Positions 26,701-37,604 are shown, numbered from the stretch's first letter. The stretch is DNA of 52,106 bases from Macrostomum lignano (GCA_002269645.1 NIVC01004275.1:1-52106), one strand, 5' to 3'. Notes: a model not told the origin generated them from the letters alone. Translations and numbers: made by a program.

Positions 26701-29700
26701 GGAGTAGTACTTGAGCGCGTCGCGTGTTGACTCGCAAAAAATCGCCGCTGCCAACTTCGCAGATGATTTTTCAATGCTTCGGGGGCTGATTACAGTTAAA
26801 CTCAACTTGTGGGCCAGTCGCACTGTTTTGCAGGCTTCGATGTTGTACAAATCAGTGATGTGCTGAAACTGTGCCTCACAAGTGCGCAGCAAAACAGGTG
26901 GAAAGGCTGGACATTGGAAATTGTTGTAGATGTTCTTGAGGTTGAGCACAGGATCGAAGAAAACGAACATCGGCTGACCCGTGGTTTTGTCGATGACCGA
27001 GGTCTTGAGCTCTCCGTCGCAGATGTAGTCAGTGGCGAATTTACGATTGACTGCAGCATTGTCAAGTGAGACGGCAATCACAGTAAAATTCAAAGCTGAC
27101 AGCAGTTCCATCACATCTTAAAACCAAGTGGGAAGCTTATTGGCTGTTAAGTTGGCTACAGCATGCATTGCTACCATATCCTTGTACTTCCCAGCAATGG
27201 ACTTAATCATTAAGCAGCAGTACGGGGTAGCTATTGCTCCGCATTCGACTCCGCGTACTTGGCCCAGCGCAGTATTCGATTCGGTTAGCTATGTAAATCT
27301 CATCCACCATTAGCAGCACCACTTTCACCGTTTGAGTCAGCAGCTTACTTGCTCGAAGGCGCAGGTAGCCGTGGCGACTCAATCCATCCCGTCCGACTCG
27401 TTGGTGATATTTTTCAGCGTTCTCACTGACGGGAGGTGAATAACTTCTTGCTCACGCAGAGCATTGTAAGCGGAGGTGCTGATAGAGTAAATCATATAGC
27501 TTAAAACTATTAGCTCTTGAGAGTAGACTCTTGCTGCCTTTTTAGTCCTACTGAGCTGTAGCTGCTCCAGAAGAAATGCCACAGATCTGTCTTCTTTCCG
27601 TTCGAGCACATTTGTTAGACTATCCTCTGCCAAGTCGAGGAAGCCGTTAGTCTGCTCAGGCGACTCAGAAAGATTAGTGTTTTCCTTCCAGTTCTTTACC
27701 TTTGCCATAAGATTCAGCAGCCCACTAATAGTACTCGTAGAAATCATGCCTTCGTTACGAGCAAAGTCAGTCACCTTGTCCTTCGACAGCGGTGAACCGT
27801 TGATACCGATAGAGACTAAGGGACTTTATGATCGGAGTCAATGCAGATGGAACAGGTGATCCGGCAGACTGGCTTCACATCCAGCATGTAAATACACAAC
27901 TGGCCGTCGCAGATGCTGGGGTGAAATCGAGCAGGTGGGCTCTATTCTGCATCGAGCAACTCCTGAATCTCCACGGGTGGTGCGATCGAGAATTGAGTCT
28001 TCAACAAAAAAATGGTTGATCTCACTCTGTAGACGCATGTTGTCCAAGTCGAGTCGAGCAGAGGATGTCGCTGAACACGTGCTTTGCGCTGGCTGTCGAG
28101 GCGTTGACAGATACCTTGGTGCATTGGGAAAAATCGTAGGCACAGCATTGGGCTTCAGATATCGCTTTTTAAGCGTGCTGCTGTCCCTTTTGCACCAGAT
28201 GCCAAAGAAGTCCCGAGATGCTTCAATGAAATCTTGCTACGAAAAATGCAATGAGCAAATTCGCATGTACTTCGTTGGCTCCAAGTTTTGATTGGGAATC
28301 GATTTCTTCCACTTTTCTAGCAAGATTGGGTCGTTCAGTGGAAAAGAATGGAGTGTAACAGTTTCAGCAGTGCAGAACTTGTTTATCCACTTTTGCAGCC
28401 GACTGCAGAGCTCTTGTTGACCATGCTTAAATTTAATACTTATTTAATGCAAATGTAAGTTCACTAAAAATATTATTTCTGTAAGGGTCACAAGCAAAAT
28501 GAAAACGGATCAAGGAAGTTCCTTCTATTATTCGAAGTATATAAGCAAGCAAACAAAGCAAGTCTGTGCATTTCCTCCATGCCCCCTGTAAAAAACCGGC
28601 CTCATCTTGCAGGGAAACCGTGGCTCACAGCCATACCTTGTGTGTCCCGGTGCTAGCTTAAGAAGTCCCTGGTCCGCGCCCACGCGTTTTTTGGCGTTAG
28701 TTCTAGCCCGTGGGTAGCTCAGTCTTCGTCGGGGTAAGGGTCGCCTCAGAAAGCCGGTTCGGCTCGCATAGCGCGGCTTAAAGGTTTCTCCTTCCGCACC
28801 CAGAAGCCGGAGTCACCCACTTTGCACCACGGGCGCCGAACGAGCTGCATGTACTGCCGTTTAAGACACCCAGAGATCCTCATTCTTGACGCTTCGGTAG
28901 TGAGCGTCGCCACATTGGACGAAAATTTCTGGTGTCTGGTGTAGCGGCAGTGCCGCGCCGATTTCCCGACGAATTCGTGCATTTTCCACTAGCAGCACTT
29001 TCAGGTAGCGTGTGGTCCACTCCAATTGATCCTTTAAGGAGCCATCCCTGACAACCTCAGAGTACCCAGAGTACCCAGGCACCTTTTAATTGTTCATCTG
29101 AGAAGTTCGACTGGCGTTGGCGTTGCGAACGCCGAAGTTCACTATTCTCTCGCAGAATAGCGTTCACTTTGCAAACAACTACGGTCAGTTGATTGGACAT
29201 TGTAGCGGTACAAGCGTTGACTGGAATGAGCGTGAAAATAATATGCCATTGTAGGCCGTTTTGTATAGGTTACAACTAGCTGCAGAGTGAGTGGCTTTCG
29301 CGGCGCGACCTAGCGGTGGGCCGCCATTAATTACATGCTGCAACTTAATTAATCAGCTGGGCTTAACATATAACTATGCTGCCGTAGTTCTAAGTCATAA
29401 GTATACTATGAAAACAATAACTATAACAAACAGTTGGGAACAATAATCAATAAAATACTGAAGAAAGCTACCGATAAAATGTTACTCATCGAAAATTAGA
29501 GAAAACATTGATGTACTTTGTATTAAACATGTTCTAATACAATTTTTATTGGCCTGCCCGCCGAAAGCATTTGATTTTACAGGGCAACACAGCAGTAAAA
29601 ATATATCAATGGATTCGAACATCATTATAAGGAGGGGAACGTGTACCTTGCAGCACTTACTGACGAAAATAAGAAATTAAATGCAGTAAAAAATTCACTA

Positions 29701-32700
29701 CGCAGCCAAAGGGGTCACAAAGGAGCTGCCGTACATGAGAAAAGCGACACCCACGGATGTCCGACTCGAAGAGAACGCCTGACATGTGTGCAGAGGTTCT
29801 ATTTCTAAGTTCTGCACAGGCTATCTCAGCAGGCGAATTGGTCGCAGGTTAGAGGAGGCAATCTGCCACATATCCTCGAGCACGAATGCATCGCCGATTG
29901 CACAATATTAAACCTCTACACCAGTAATAGTGACGGCAACGTTGTCCGCTGTACAAAATCCTGAGCCGCCCTCTGCGACGAGTGCATCAAGAAACAGTTT
30001 GATGACACATTTTTGCCTTCGCTACACTCTTAGCGGGACGCTCGATTATTTATGAGTGACCAACACAATGCGTCACTCCGATCGACAATAGCCTCTGTGC
30101 CGGCCAGGCGTGGCTTACCGAGACCTCTGAGGTATGTCTCGTAACCGAGGCCCATAGTCCGGGCGCTGTTGCACACGAGGTGTAGTAGGAAGTTAGTCGA
30201 ACATTGGAAGCCTTTAGCGACATGCACCGGGTCGCGCAACGCAGCGGTTAGAAGACCCAGGATGTCTATTTGGAGCCGTAGAGGCCACATCGTGATTGGG
30301 CCGGACAGAAAAACTGCAGCCGCATTGCACCGCTCTGGCAAAGCCATCCGACTGCCGCTGTTGTTCTATGCAGATTTGATCGGTAGAGCGGTTGTTAGAG
30401 TTTTTGATATATGTGGCGCTCAGGCACTAGAACGGGAGGCCGCGGTGCCGGTCGGGCAACTGACAGTGCGACCATGGGTACAGTGTCCTACCAACTCCAC
30501 TGAGTGAGAAGCTCATAGACGGCACGCTGCCTGGCATCTTTCGGCCAGAAGGCGCCGTGCGCTGCTTGTACGGCTGGGTGCTTCGCATGTGTGCGGAGCC
30601 ACACATAGCGCCCGTCTGTGGCCACGTCGACTTTAGCCGCTTCAGTGGGAAACTTGTCCACCAATTCCTTTATGGAACCGCAGCCGAATTCGGAGTAGCG
30701 TGAAAGACGGCCCAGTACTTGACCATAAGATGGTCTCCAATCTGTGCAGCCGGTCGATCCCCTCATTCAGGGTACATAAGGATGACCCAAATGTTAAATA
30801 CGCAAGGACGCAAGAGTTTGGGCGGTTCATAGTGCAGCTTATGCTAAGAAACGTATATATATACAATAAATAATCGCTTTGGGGCCTTACATCGCTTTTG
30901 CCGTAGTTGCAAGAAAGCGCTATTTTATCTACTTAAAACAAAATAAATGAGACCAGATGACCATGTACGAGCGTATAACACTCAACTTAAAAGTTAAACC
31001 TTAAACTAGTGAATGAAGACGCTGTCGTCTTCAAAGGTGGGACGATGGTTTTAATGTTCGTAACTTTTATGGCTATGACCTAAATTAAGAACTAAGAAGC
31101 TTAATGGGCTACATTTTTAATTTAATTTAAACAAAGTTTATGCATAGCTGTTTAAATAAATTTATAAAAAATTTATGAAACAGAAATTAACTGCAGGTAT
31201 ACATATTTAAAATATTTCGCAATGATCAATATTTGTACATACTATAAAATACCTTACGCTAAATTTCCAAATTAAACGCGATGCACAATTCAGTCTCGAC
31301 GAGACTGTCCCGTGCAGGCTATCCCACCAAGTACCACTAGAGTATTTACAGTCCCTACATCAGTATGTGCCATTAAAGCGATGGTTTATTAGTGTTCTTA
31401 TCTTTTTTGGCTTAAATTTTAAGAACTAAATAAGAAGCTTAGTGGGCTTTGTATACAAAATATAATATTCTCACGTTTAGCAGTCGTTAATTAATTAATA
31501 TGTGCTACCTGTCCATCAGTGGGTCAGCTACGTGTCCATCAGTGGGTGAGCTACCTATTCATCAGTATGTGCCATTTCGAGTTGCACACAAAGTTATTCA
31601 AAGGAGAAAACAGAAGAATGGAAGGCAAAAGCATTTTCCACCTAAAAACAACTGTTCTCTGAATTGGAATTTTCAGAAGACAAATTTACCAATAGCAGAC
31701 CAATTAATTATTCTTTACCATTTCCAGCAGATAATTACATTAATTACATAACTTTTTTAAAGTAACCAATTAGAATTTACTATACAATACCCTCTGTCTC
31801 TTTACCGGAGCAGAATTTAACTTCGTTCTGATGGAGTCAGCTTGAAAGATTTACTATACTGATGCGCGCTGTATGCCGAATATGAGATGATAGCATTAGT
31901 AGGTAGGAAGTAAAAATAAAATACATGTAAGCAACTCATTACATTCTCCACACTCTAAAATTAGCTGCTGAAAGAATTGCATATTAATTAGGTACTACTG
32001 TCAGAGGTATATGCATGGACTGATTGAAAAAAATATCCTAGGATTTCACACTTCAATCACCTTAAATATTCAGCAATCCGCAAAAAGGCAAACATTGCAC
32101 AGCATGCATTAATTGATACGACCTGTTTTACCGAATAAGAAATACAAAAACTGTCTAGAAGGATTGATCACATTTATATTTATCCTTGTGCGCTTTAATC
32201 AGATAGATCACCAAGTGAAAACTGAAAACCAGACTTGCGATTTGAGTTGCTTGATAGTTTGTACCTAGATTACGTTGTACAAGAAAATTGAGCTGCTTAG
32301 AGTCATTACAAGTCCCAACAGCACAAATCATATGCATGCTGGCGCAGTGCCTGTTTTTTAACACTGGGGTTAGTCTTGCTTCTCCTTCTCCTGCTCCTGC
32401 GGCGACTCCTGTTGCGGCGGCGGTTTTTGTGTCGGTGTCTTTGCCTTCTTTTTGTGCCAACAATTTTTGGCCTGATGGCCTAATTTGTTGCAGACGTAAC
32501 ACTTCTCTACAATACGGAAATGTTTTTGTAAATATTTATGCCTTTTATAATTTATAAACATACATGTACGTATATGTATAATACTAGTATTAATACAGAC
32601 TTACTTTGAACTGACCCCGTTCCGCTTCCGCCTCGGCCGCCACCTCCTCCTGTCATGCTAAGGGGGTAAAAGGATATTGTAACTGAAAATAACAGCTAGT

Positions 32701-35700
32701 AAGACAGTAATGGTTGTTTAATTACAGGAATTTATTACAATCAATGTCACAAGTTATATGTAAAGTAACATTTAAAGGAGATGAAAATACTCATGGGAAT
32801 TGAACAAACAAGTGGACCAAGGTCTAGGAAGAGAGAATTAATTGCGTAGTGAAATCGAGGATTAATTACCCCTTGTAGCCATTAATCGAGTATTCAGCAA
32901 CACTGCAAACGCTTTAGACAACCCAATCTAGCAAGAGCTAGAATAACGTGTCTTAAAATAGAAAAGGCTGCCTTAGACACTGAGTCAGTAGGAGCTTTTG
33001 GAACCATACGACAGCTCCATCTAGACACCCAGCTGCACCAGACAAAGGGGTGATCTGTTACACTAAGTAACCGCGACAGAATATATACCATCGGGAGTCA
33101 AACCTTTTTAGGGTGGGCACGGCCTCACATTACGAAGGCTACAGTGCACAGTGTTTCCAAGAGGAATTTGCGCCGCTGACCAAACGGATGCGAGGGTTTG
33201 CCTGATGGGATAAGCCATCTGCTGGGGTCTGTATTCAGCGGTTTTCCATCGGAGGCTCCCGCTAAAAATCGCCATGCTAGTGGATATATTCCTTTCTTTT
33301 CCGATTTCCAGTCCCACCTGGAGTTATCCGGGAACAAGCACTCTGATCTGGGTGAAATGTGCCGGGAAATCCATCCGGATTAAGCTTTGTTCCGGGATTT
33401 GTCACATCACTAATTTCTGGGTGAAGTTTCCGGGTGAATGTTTCGACGGGCACGCACTCATACACGATTAGTCAGGGTGCTCAGCGGCCCTGACTTTCTA
33501 ATCGTCAGGCATGTACACTGCGCCTTGAGGGTTGGCTCTCATAGGTGTTAGTCGCACGACAACGTCCGGCCATTTTTAGAGCACACGAGCCCGAAATGAA
33601 TGTGGCCGCGCACGGAATCGAACCAGGGGTCGTGGTTGCGCGAGAGTACGCCTAGGCAGTTAGGTAGAGTTGGCTGTGGTTAGCTATGCTGCTAATTCGA
33701 CTGCTTGGTTCAGCCCTCAGGTCAGTTACCACCTTTAGAGTTATGACCCCTCGCCACACACCTGGTCAACTTGAAGCGGGTCAGGCGTGTTTCTCATTGT
33801 GCTACGTAATCTGTCTCATCCACCCTCGACTCCGCGCCTCAGGCACGGCCGCCGACACCAGTTCAACCCTACGAACGTGAACTACAGAGCTAACATTTGC
33901 GCCCTGAAGTCCGAGGGCTGCACGCATGTTCTGGCCACGTCTGCATGCGGCGGATTGCAAGTGAGATTCCTATCTATTGCCTTTTGTAACTGTACTATCG
34001 CAGCTCATCTTTAGTAAACCGCAGACCCACAAATTTGGTATCGTTGAAAAGCGGCCTAAAGTGTCTTTTTAAAAATAACTTTAAGTTTAGATTTGGATTA
34101 TAAGTTTCAGAGATAAGGTTAGTTGAGTACTGAGTAGACTGTCATAGGCTTGCACAACCTAAAAACAAATTGCTTGCACCTAAATTGGTTTTGTATCGCA
34201 CGCATTCGCTGTCTATGGTCAAAAGTGGTGCAGTAAACGAGAATCTTAAGAAAAAACGCAGCTACACCAACCTTGCCTAAATATTTTCACTGTTATTGCT
34301 CTAGTATTTTGAAGAAGACACTTGCCGCTTTCTAGCGGCTGCACCAAGCATTAGCAGAGTTAAATACGTAAATGAATGGCTTTAAGAGTAACTCTTACAT
34401 ACGGTAGGTAGCGCTGTACAAACTGTGTGAGCACATGCGTCATGCGATTAACATACTAATTAAACATGACAGCTGGTGCGTGTGTATGTAAAACCGAAAA
34501 GCGGACACCGCCAATCGTATTCAACCAATGCTTCTACTTTCGTCTATGGTGAAAACACCGCCTAAGGTCTGTGGCACAGGCAGAGCATTGAATTCAAGAC
34601 ACAGAACAGTTCAATTCAGACAAGTCATGCCCGCCAGAGCTGGAGAGGCCACCAGACAAAATCAATCTACAGGATTGGCGTTCCATGACAATGCAGAGAA
34701 TCGCTGAGTCAGGCATGGCATCACGGTTGACAAGAGTGCAGCAGCTGATTTGCTCACACACTGCGCTTCCTGGCCCGCGGCGCTTGGCCCGTGAAAACAT
34801 CTGATTGAGCTCACATGCGGTCTGACAGTTTAGTCACAGTTGCAGTTGCAGACTTGTTGGCAGTGTGCATCACAAAATACACTGTTTTTGTCTAATGGTT
34901 CTGAGTTTAAAGTCTAAACTCAACTGCTCGACGCCCCTTGCACGGTTTTGGCCATAGACAATCGTCGAAACACGGGTTGAATATGGTTGGCCGTGTCTGA
35001 AATTCAGTGCTCTCGCCTTGCACGGTTTTGGCCATAGACAATCGTCGAAGCATGGGTTGAATATGATTGGCCGTGTCTGAAATTCAGTGCTCTCCGCTTG
35101 CACGGTTTTGGCCATAGACAATCGTCGAAGCACGGGCTGAATATGGTTGGCCGTGTCTTGAATTCTATGCTCTCTCCATACACGGTTTTGGCCATAGACA
35201 ATCGTCGAAGCATGGGTTGAATATGGTTGGCCGTGTCTGAAATTCAGTGCTCTCCCCTTGCACGGTTTGGCCATAGACAATCGTCGAAGCATGGGTTGAA
35301 TATGGTTGGCCGTGTCTGAAATTCAGTGCTCTTCCCTTGCACGGTTTTGGCCATAGACAATCGTCGAAGCACGGGTTGAATATGGTTGGCCTTGTCATAT
35401 TAAGTGTTCGACTTCTTAAATCAAATGAATAATGATATAGTGTTGTAGCATAAAATTAATTTGAGGCTAAATTAGAATCTCGGCTTGGCTCTGTTCGTGC
35501 GATTAAAGCCCTTGAGCGCCCCCTCCCCCAAGGCACAGTGAAGACGTGAAGTATACACGCCTGACGATAAATTAAGTCAGGGCCGCTGTACACCCTGTGT
35601 GAGCGTGTGGCTGCTCATGCCCTATAATAAAAACTCTCAGTTTTAACCACAATGATTATCGACCTCAGGAGCACACGCACCCTGGCGACATTGTGCTAGT

Positions 35701-37217
35701 TGACCAGTTCATCGACCAAACAAGGCACCGGATTGAGACTTTCTACGATGGACAGCCGGGCCATCCGGACGGCGTGTTTCACATCCCCATGGCTGAGCCG
35801 TTCTGCGAGCACACCCGAGCCATTGTCAACAGTGTCTGCAAGGGTCTTGGCATGCACATTCACCCAAAAGGCACTGTGCTCACCATCGAGGGTCCGAGGT
35901 TCTCGTCTAGGGCTGAGAGCCGATTGTGGCACGCCTGGGGCTGTGACGTCATCAATATGAGCACTGTGCCTGAGGTAGTGCTAGCTAAGGAGGCCGGTCT
36001 GTGCTACGCGCTTATCGCCATGGTGACCGACTATGACAGCTGGAGAGAGGATCAGGAGCATGTGAGTGTCTGCGCGTCATCTTCTATTGGCGCTTTCTGC
36101 TGGCGCGTCATCTTCTATTAGCGCTTTCTGCTGGCGCGTCATCTTCTATTGGCGCTTTCTGCTGGCGCGTCATCTTTTCTTGGCGCCTTCTGCTGGCGCG
36201 TCATCTTCTCTCAGCGCTTTCTGCTGGCGCGTCATCTTCTATTAGCGCTTTCTGCTGGCGCATCATCTTCTCTCGGCGCTTTCTAATGGCGTGTCATCTT
36301 CTCTCGGCGCTTTCTGAATGAGCGTCATGTAGTCACAGCGTTTTATAGTAATAATTAAGCTCTTAATGATGGGCTGCTTTTCTACAGGTGTCGGTGGAGA
36401 AGGTGCTGAAGACATTCAAAGAAAACGCGCACAAAGCCGAGCTGATCATACGGGAGGTCATTCCGAAACTTGCCCAGAAAGATTGGACAGAAATTCTGCG
36501 CCAGAAAGAGGTGAGAATGGAAAAGTTTGCTGTCAGATTTTATGTATTGTTTCTTTTTTTAAAATACTTGAGTGGAGTTTTATGCAAAATGGCAGAGATT
36601 TGCCTCTAGGTTTTTGGATTGATATAATCATGAATTTATACTGGTGTCTTCTCGATCGGGATTCTCAATCAGGATTCTCAATCGGGATTCTCCATCGGGA
36701 TTCTCCATCGGGATTCTCCATTGAGATTCTCAATCGGGATTCTCCATCGGGATTCTCCATCGGGATTCTCCATCGGGATTCTCAATCAGGATTCTCAATC
36801 GGGATTCTCCATCGGGATTCTCAATCCGGATTCTCAATCGGGATTCTCAATCAGGATTCTATATCGGGATTCTCCATCAGGATTCTCTATCGGGATTTTC
36901 AATCGGGATTCTCAATCAGGATTCTATATCGGGATTCTCAATCGGGATTCTCCATCGGGATTCTCAATCGGGATTCTCAATCGGGATTCTCAGTCGGGAT
37001 TCTCCATCGGGATTCTCAGTCGGGATTTCAATTGGGGACTTTAATCTGGATTTTCAATCGTAAATTATGAAGTGGAGACATTGTGAATTTTAATCATTAT
37101 TTGATAATTCTGAAATCGTATTTTTAAAATAAGATGTCATCAATAAATCCCGCTTCCCAATGCAAGGCGCTGGTGCAAGCCGGCAGGCAGGATGTGAAGC
37201 CGCTTGGCATGGACTGA
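14705..37217 (+). CDS. MTAP: S-methyl-5'-thioadenosine phosphorylase, 6 coding exons, ~281 aa
   Basis: Exons 14705-14719 (MSSIK, donor GTATGT; inferred), 22386-22531 ([23 protein letters not shown]), 33843-33960 (HGRRH, VNYRANI, TSACG), 35669-36061 ([36 protein letters not shown]), 36388-36510, and 37167-37217 ([16 protein letters not shown]; less certain). All phases are compatible; total 846 nt. Confidence 0.93.
14778..14910. mobile_element. Possible small MITE with imperfect ~20-bp inverted ends
   Basis: CATTGACACGGCGGCTGTCT (14778-14797) is an imperfect inverted match to AGACAGCCACCGTCTCCAATG (14890-14910); no TSD established. Confidence 0.4.
14999..15859. mobile_element. Non-autonomous hAT-superfamily element (MITE), 861 bp
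   Basis: 12-bp perfect TIR CAGTGTTGGGCA / TGCCCAACACTG. Perfect 8-bp TSD ATAATAAC (14991-14998 and 15860-15867). Subterminal (G)TAACGCAAGTTACTTTT motifs at both ends. Confidence 0.93.
17465..17770. repeat. 157-bp tandem duplication, 2 copies
   Basis: TAGGTCAGAGATC(G/A)AGTTGGGGGGTTCAAC... starts at 17465 and 17622 with few differences. Confidence 0.92.
18075..18700. repeat. GA-rich polypurine low-complexity tract
   Basis: Plus strand is almost entirely A/G. Confidence 0.92.
19620..20870. repeat. GA-rich polypurine low-complexity tract
   Basis: Plus strand is almost entirely A/G. Confidence 0.92.
23207..24228 (-). pseudogene. Decayed ORF of unknown function nested in MTAP intron 2; weak LOTUS-like segment
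   Basis: The 239-aa ORF (23926-23207) extends upstream through one TAA and a frameshift in an A-run to an acceptor (CTCTCGTAG, exon start 24228). GC-rich and coding-like composition. Confidence 0.45.
24889..28671 (-). mobile_element. P-element (THAP9-like) DNA transposon, full length but inactive
   Basis: 36-bp TIRs (CAGGGAC..CAAGG, 34/36 identical) plus a 20/20 inner inverted repeat (24937-24956 / 28592-28611). 8-bp TSD GTCTGCGC / GTCCGCGC. Internal THAP and DDE transposase remnants. Confidence 0.92.
25540..28424 (-). pseudogene. THAP-domain P-element transposase, multiple stops and frameshifts
   Basis: THAP: MVNK..AVGCKSG...LHSFP...W...RICSLHF...[10 protein letters not shown]. Then AYNALR...[51 protein letters not shown]. 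Intron donor GTGAGG near 26514. The 3' end is approximate. Confidence 0.9.
28672..29200 (-). pseudogene. Coiled-coil ORF of unknown function, interrupted by the P element
   Basis: ATG at 29200, 20 nt after acceptor TTTTCACGCTCATTCCAG. Two internal QL.......L.EN..[LI]RR repeats. One frameshift and two stops. The frame continues across the P TSD into 24880-24830. Confidence 0.45.
30030..30830 (-). pseudogene. LOTUS (OST-HTH) domain gene, frameshifted
   Basis: With one base removed near 30728: [63 protein letters not shown]. This matches the LOTUS spacing G...LE..Y....G........G..S..ELV...P of TDRD5/7-type domains as recalled. ATG at 30830, 13 nt after acceptor TTTCTTAG. Confidence 0.65.
32370..32656 (-). 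CDS. 62-aa Gly/RGG + CCHC zinc-knuckle micro-protein, 2 coding exons
   Basis: Exon 32656-32605 ([17 protein letters not shown]; donor GTAAGT) joins in phase 1 across a 98-bp intron (acceptor ATTGTAG) to exon 32506-32370 ([23 protein letters not shown]...EKQD*). CX2CX4HX4C is intact. Confidence 0.75.
33447..33665 (-). mobile_element. tRNA-derived SINE, 3'-truncated copy
   Basis: B box GGTTCGATTCC (33624-33614, minus). Body AGGCATGTACAC..CTGCGCCTTG.GGGTTGGCTCTCA is shared with the 39817-40183 copy. Confidence 0.75.
34932..35392. repeat. 80-bp tandem repeat, ~6 copies, in MTAP intron 3
   Basis: CACGGTTT(T)GGCCATAGAC recurs at 34941, 35021, 35101, 35181, 35261 and 35340. Confidence 0.96.
35455..35630 (+). 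mobile_element. SINE body fragment (same family), headless
   Basis: AATCTCGGCTTGGCTCTG.TCGTGC...GCCTGACGAT...AAGTCAGGGCCGCTGTACACCCTGTGTGAG matches the reverse complement of the 39817-40183 element. Confidence 0.75.
36066..36320. repeat. 31-bp minisatellite, ~8 copies, starting just inside MTAP intron 4
   Basis: Unit TCTGCTGGCGCGTCATCTTCTATTGGCGCTT; period 31 (36072, 36103...). Confidence 0.95.
36654..37030. repeat. 13-bp minisatellite (ATCGGGATTCTC(C/A)) in MTAP intron 5
   Basis: Unit visible directly, ~29 copies. Confidence 0.95.
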
Positions 37218-37440
37218 GACAGAGAGGCGGACAGAGCCGCTGTCAGTCTCTGTGCACTCATGTGTGTGCTTTGCGCACTCTTAGCACTTTTCTAGCATGC
37301 TGGAATGTTGTTTACTTCCTTAGCCATTTACTAACTTGCACTTTACAGCTCTTTGCATAACGTCTGTTGTGTCTTACTTCTCACCAGCACTTATACGCCT
37401 GTGTTAACAGTAGGCCAATTGTTGCCTGTCATGTGTATTT

Positions 37441-37443
37441 GCC

Positions 37444-37502
<59 letters not shown>

Positions 37503-37569
37503 GTCTGTGTGTGTCTGTCTGTTTGTCTGTCTGTCTTTCTTTCTTTCTGTCTGTCTGTCTGTGTGTCTC

Positions 37570-37604
<35 letters not shown>

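Noticed and set aside
33125-33337. [18 protein letters not shown] resembling a hAT dimerisation domain
   Set aside because: The diagnostic S..ER.FS motif is absent and the similarity is too weak.
33455-33520. Hammerhead-like string on the minus strand (CTGACGA-TTA-GAAA-GTCAGGG...CCCTGAC-TA)
   Set aside because: No helix II, helix I does not close on the core, and the other two SINE copies lack GAAA and the second arm; better explained by a local inverted duplication.
34932-35392. CRISPR-like appearance of this and other regular arrays
   Set aside because: Units are contiguous with no unique spacers, no cas genes, and the context is eukaryotic.
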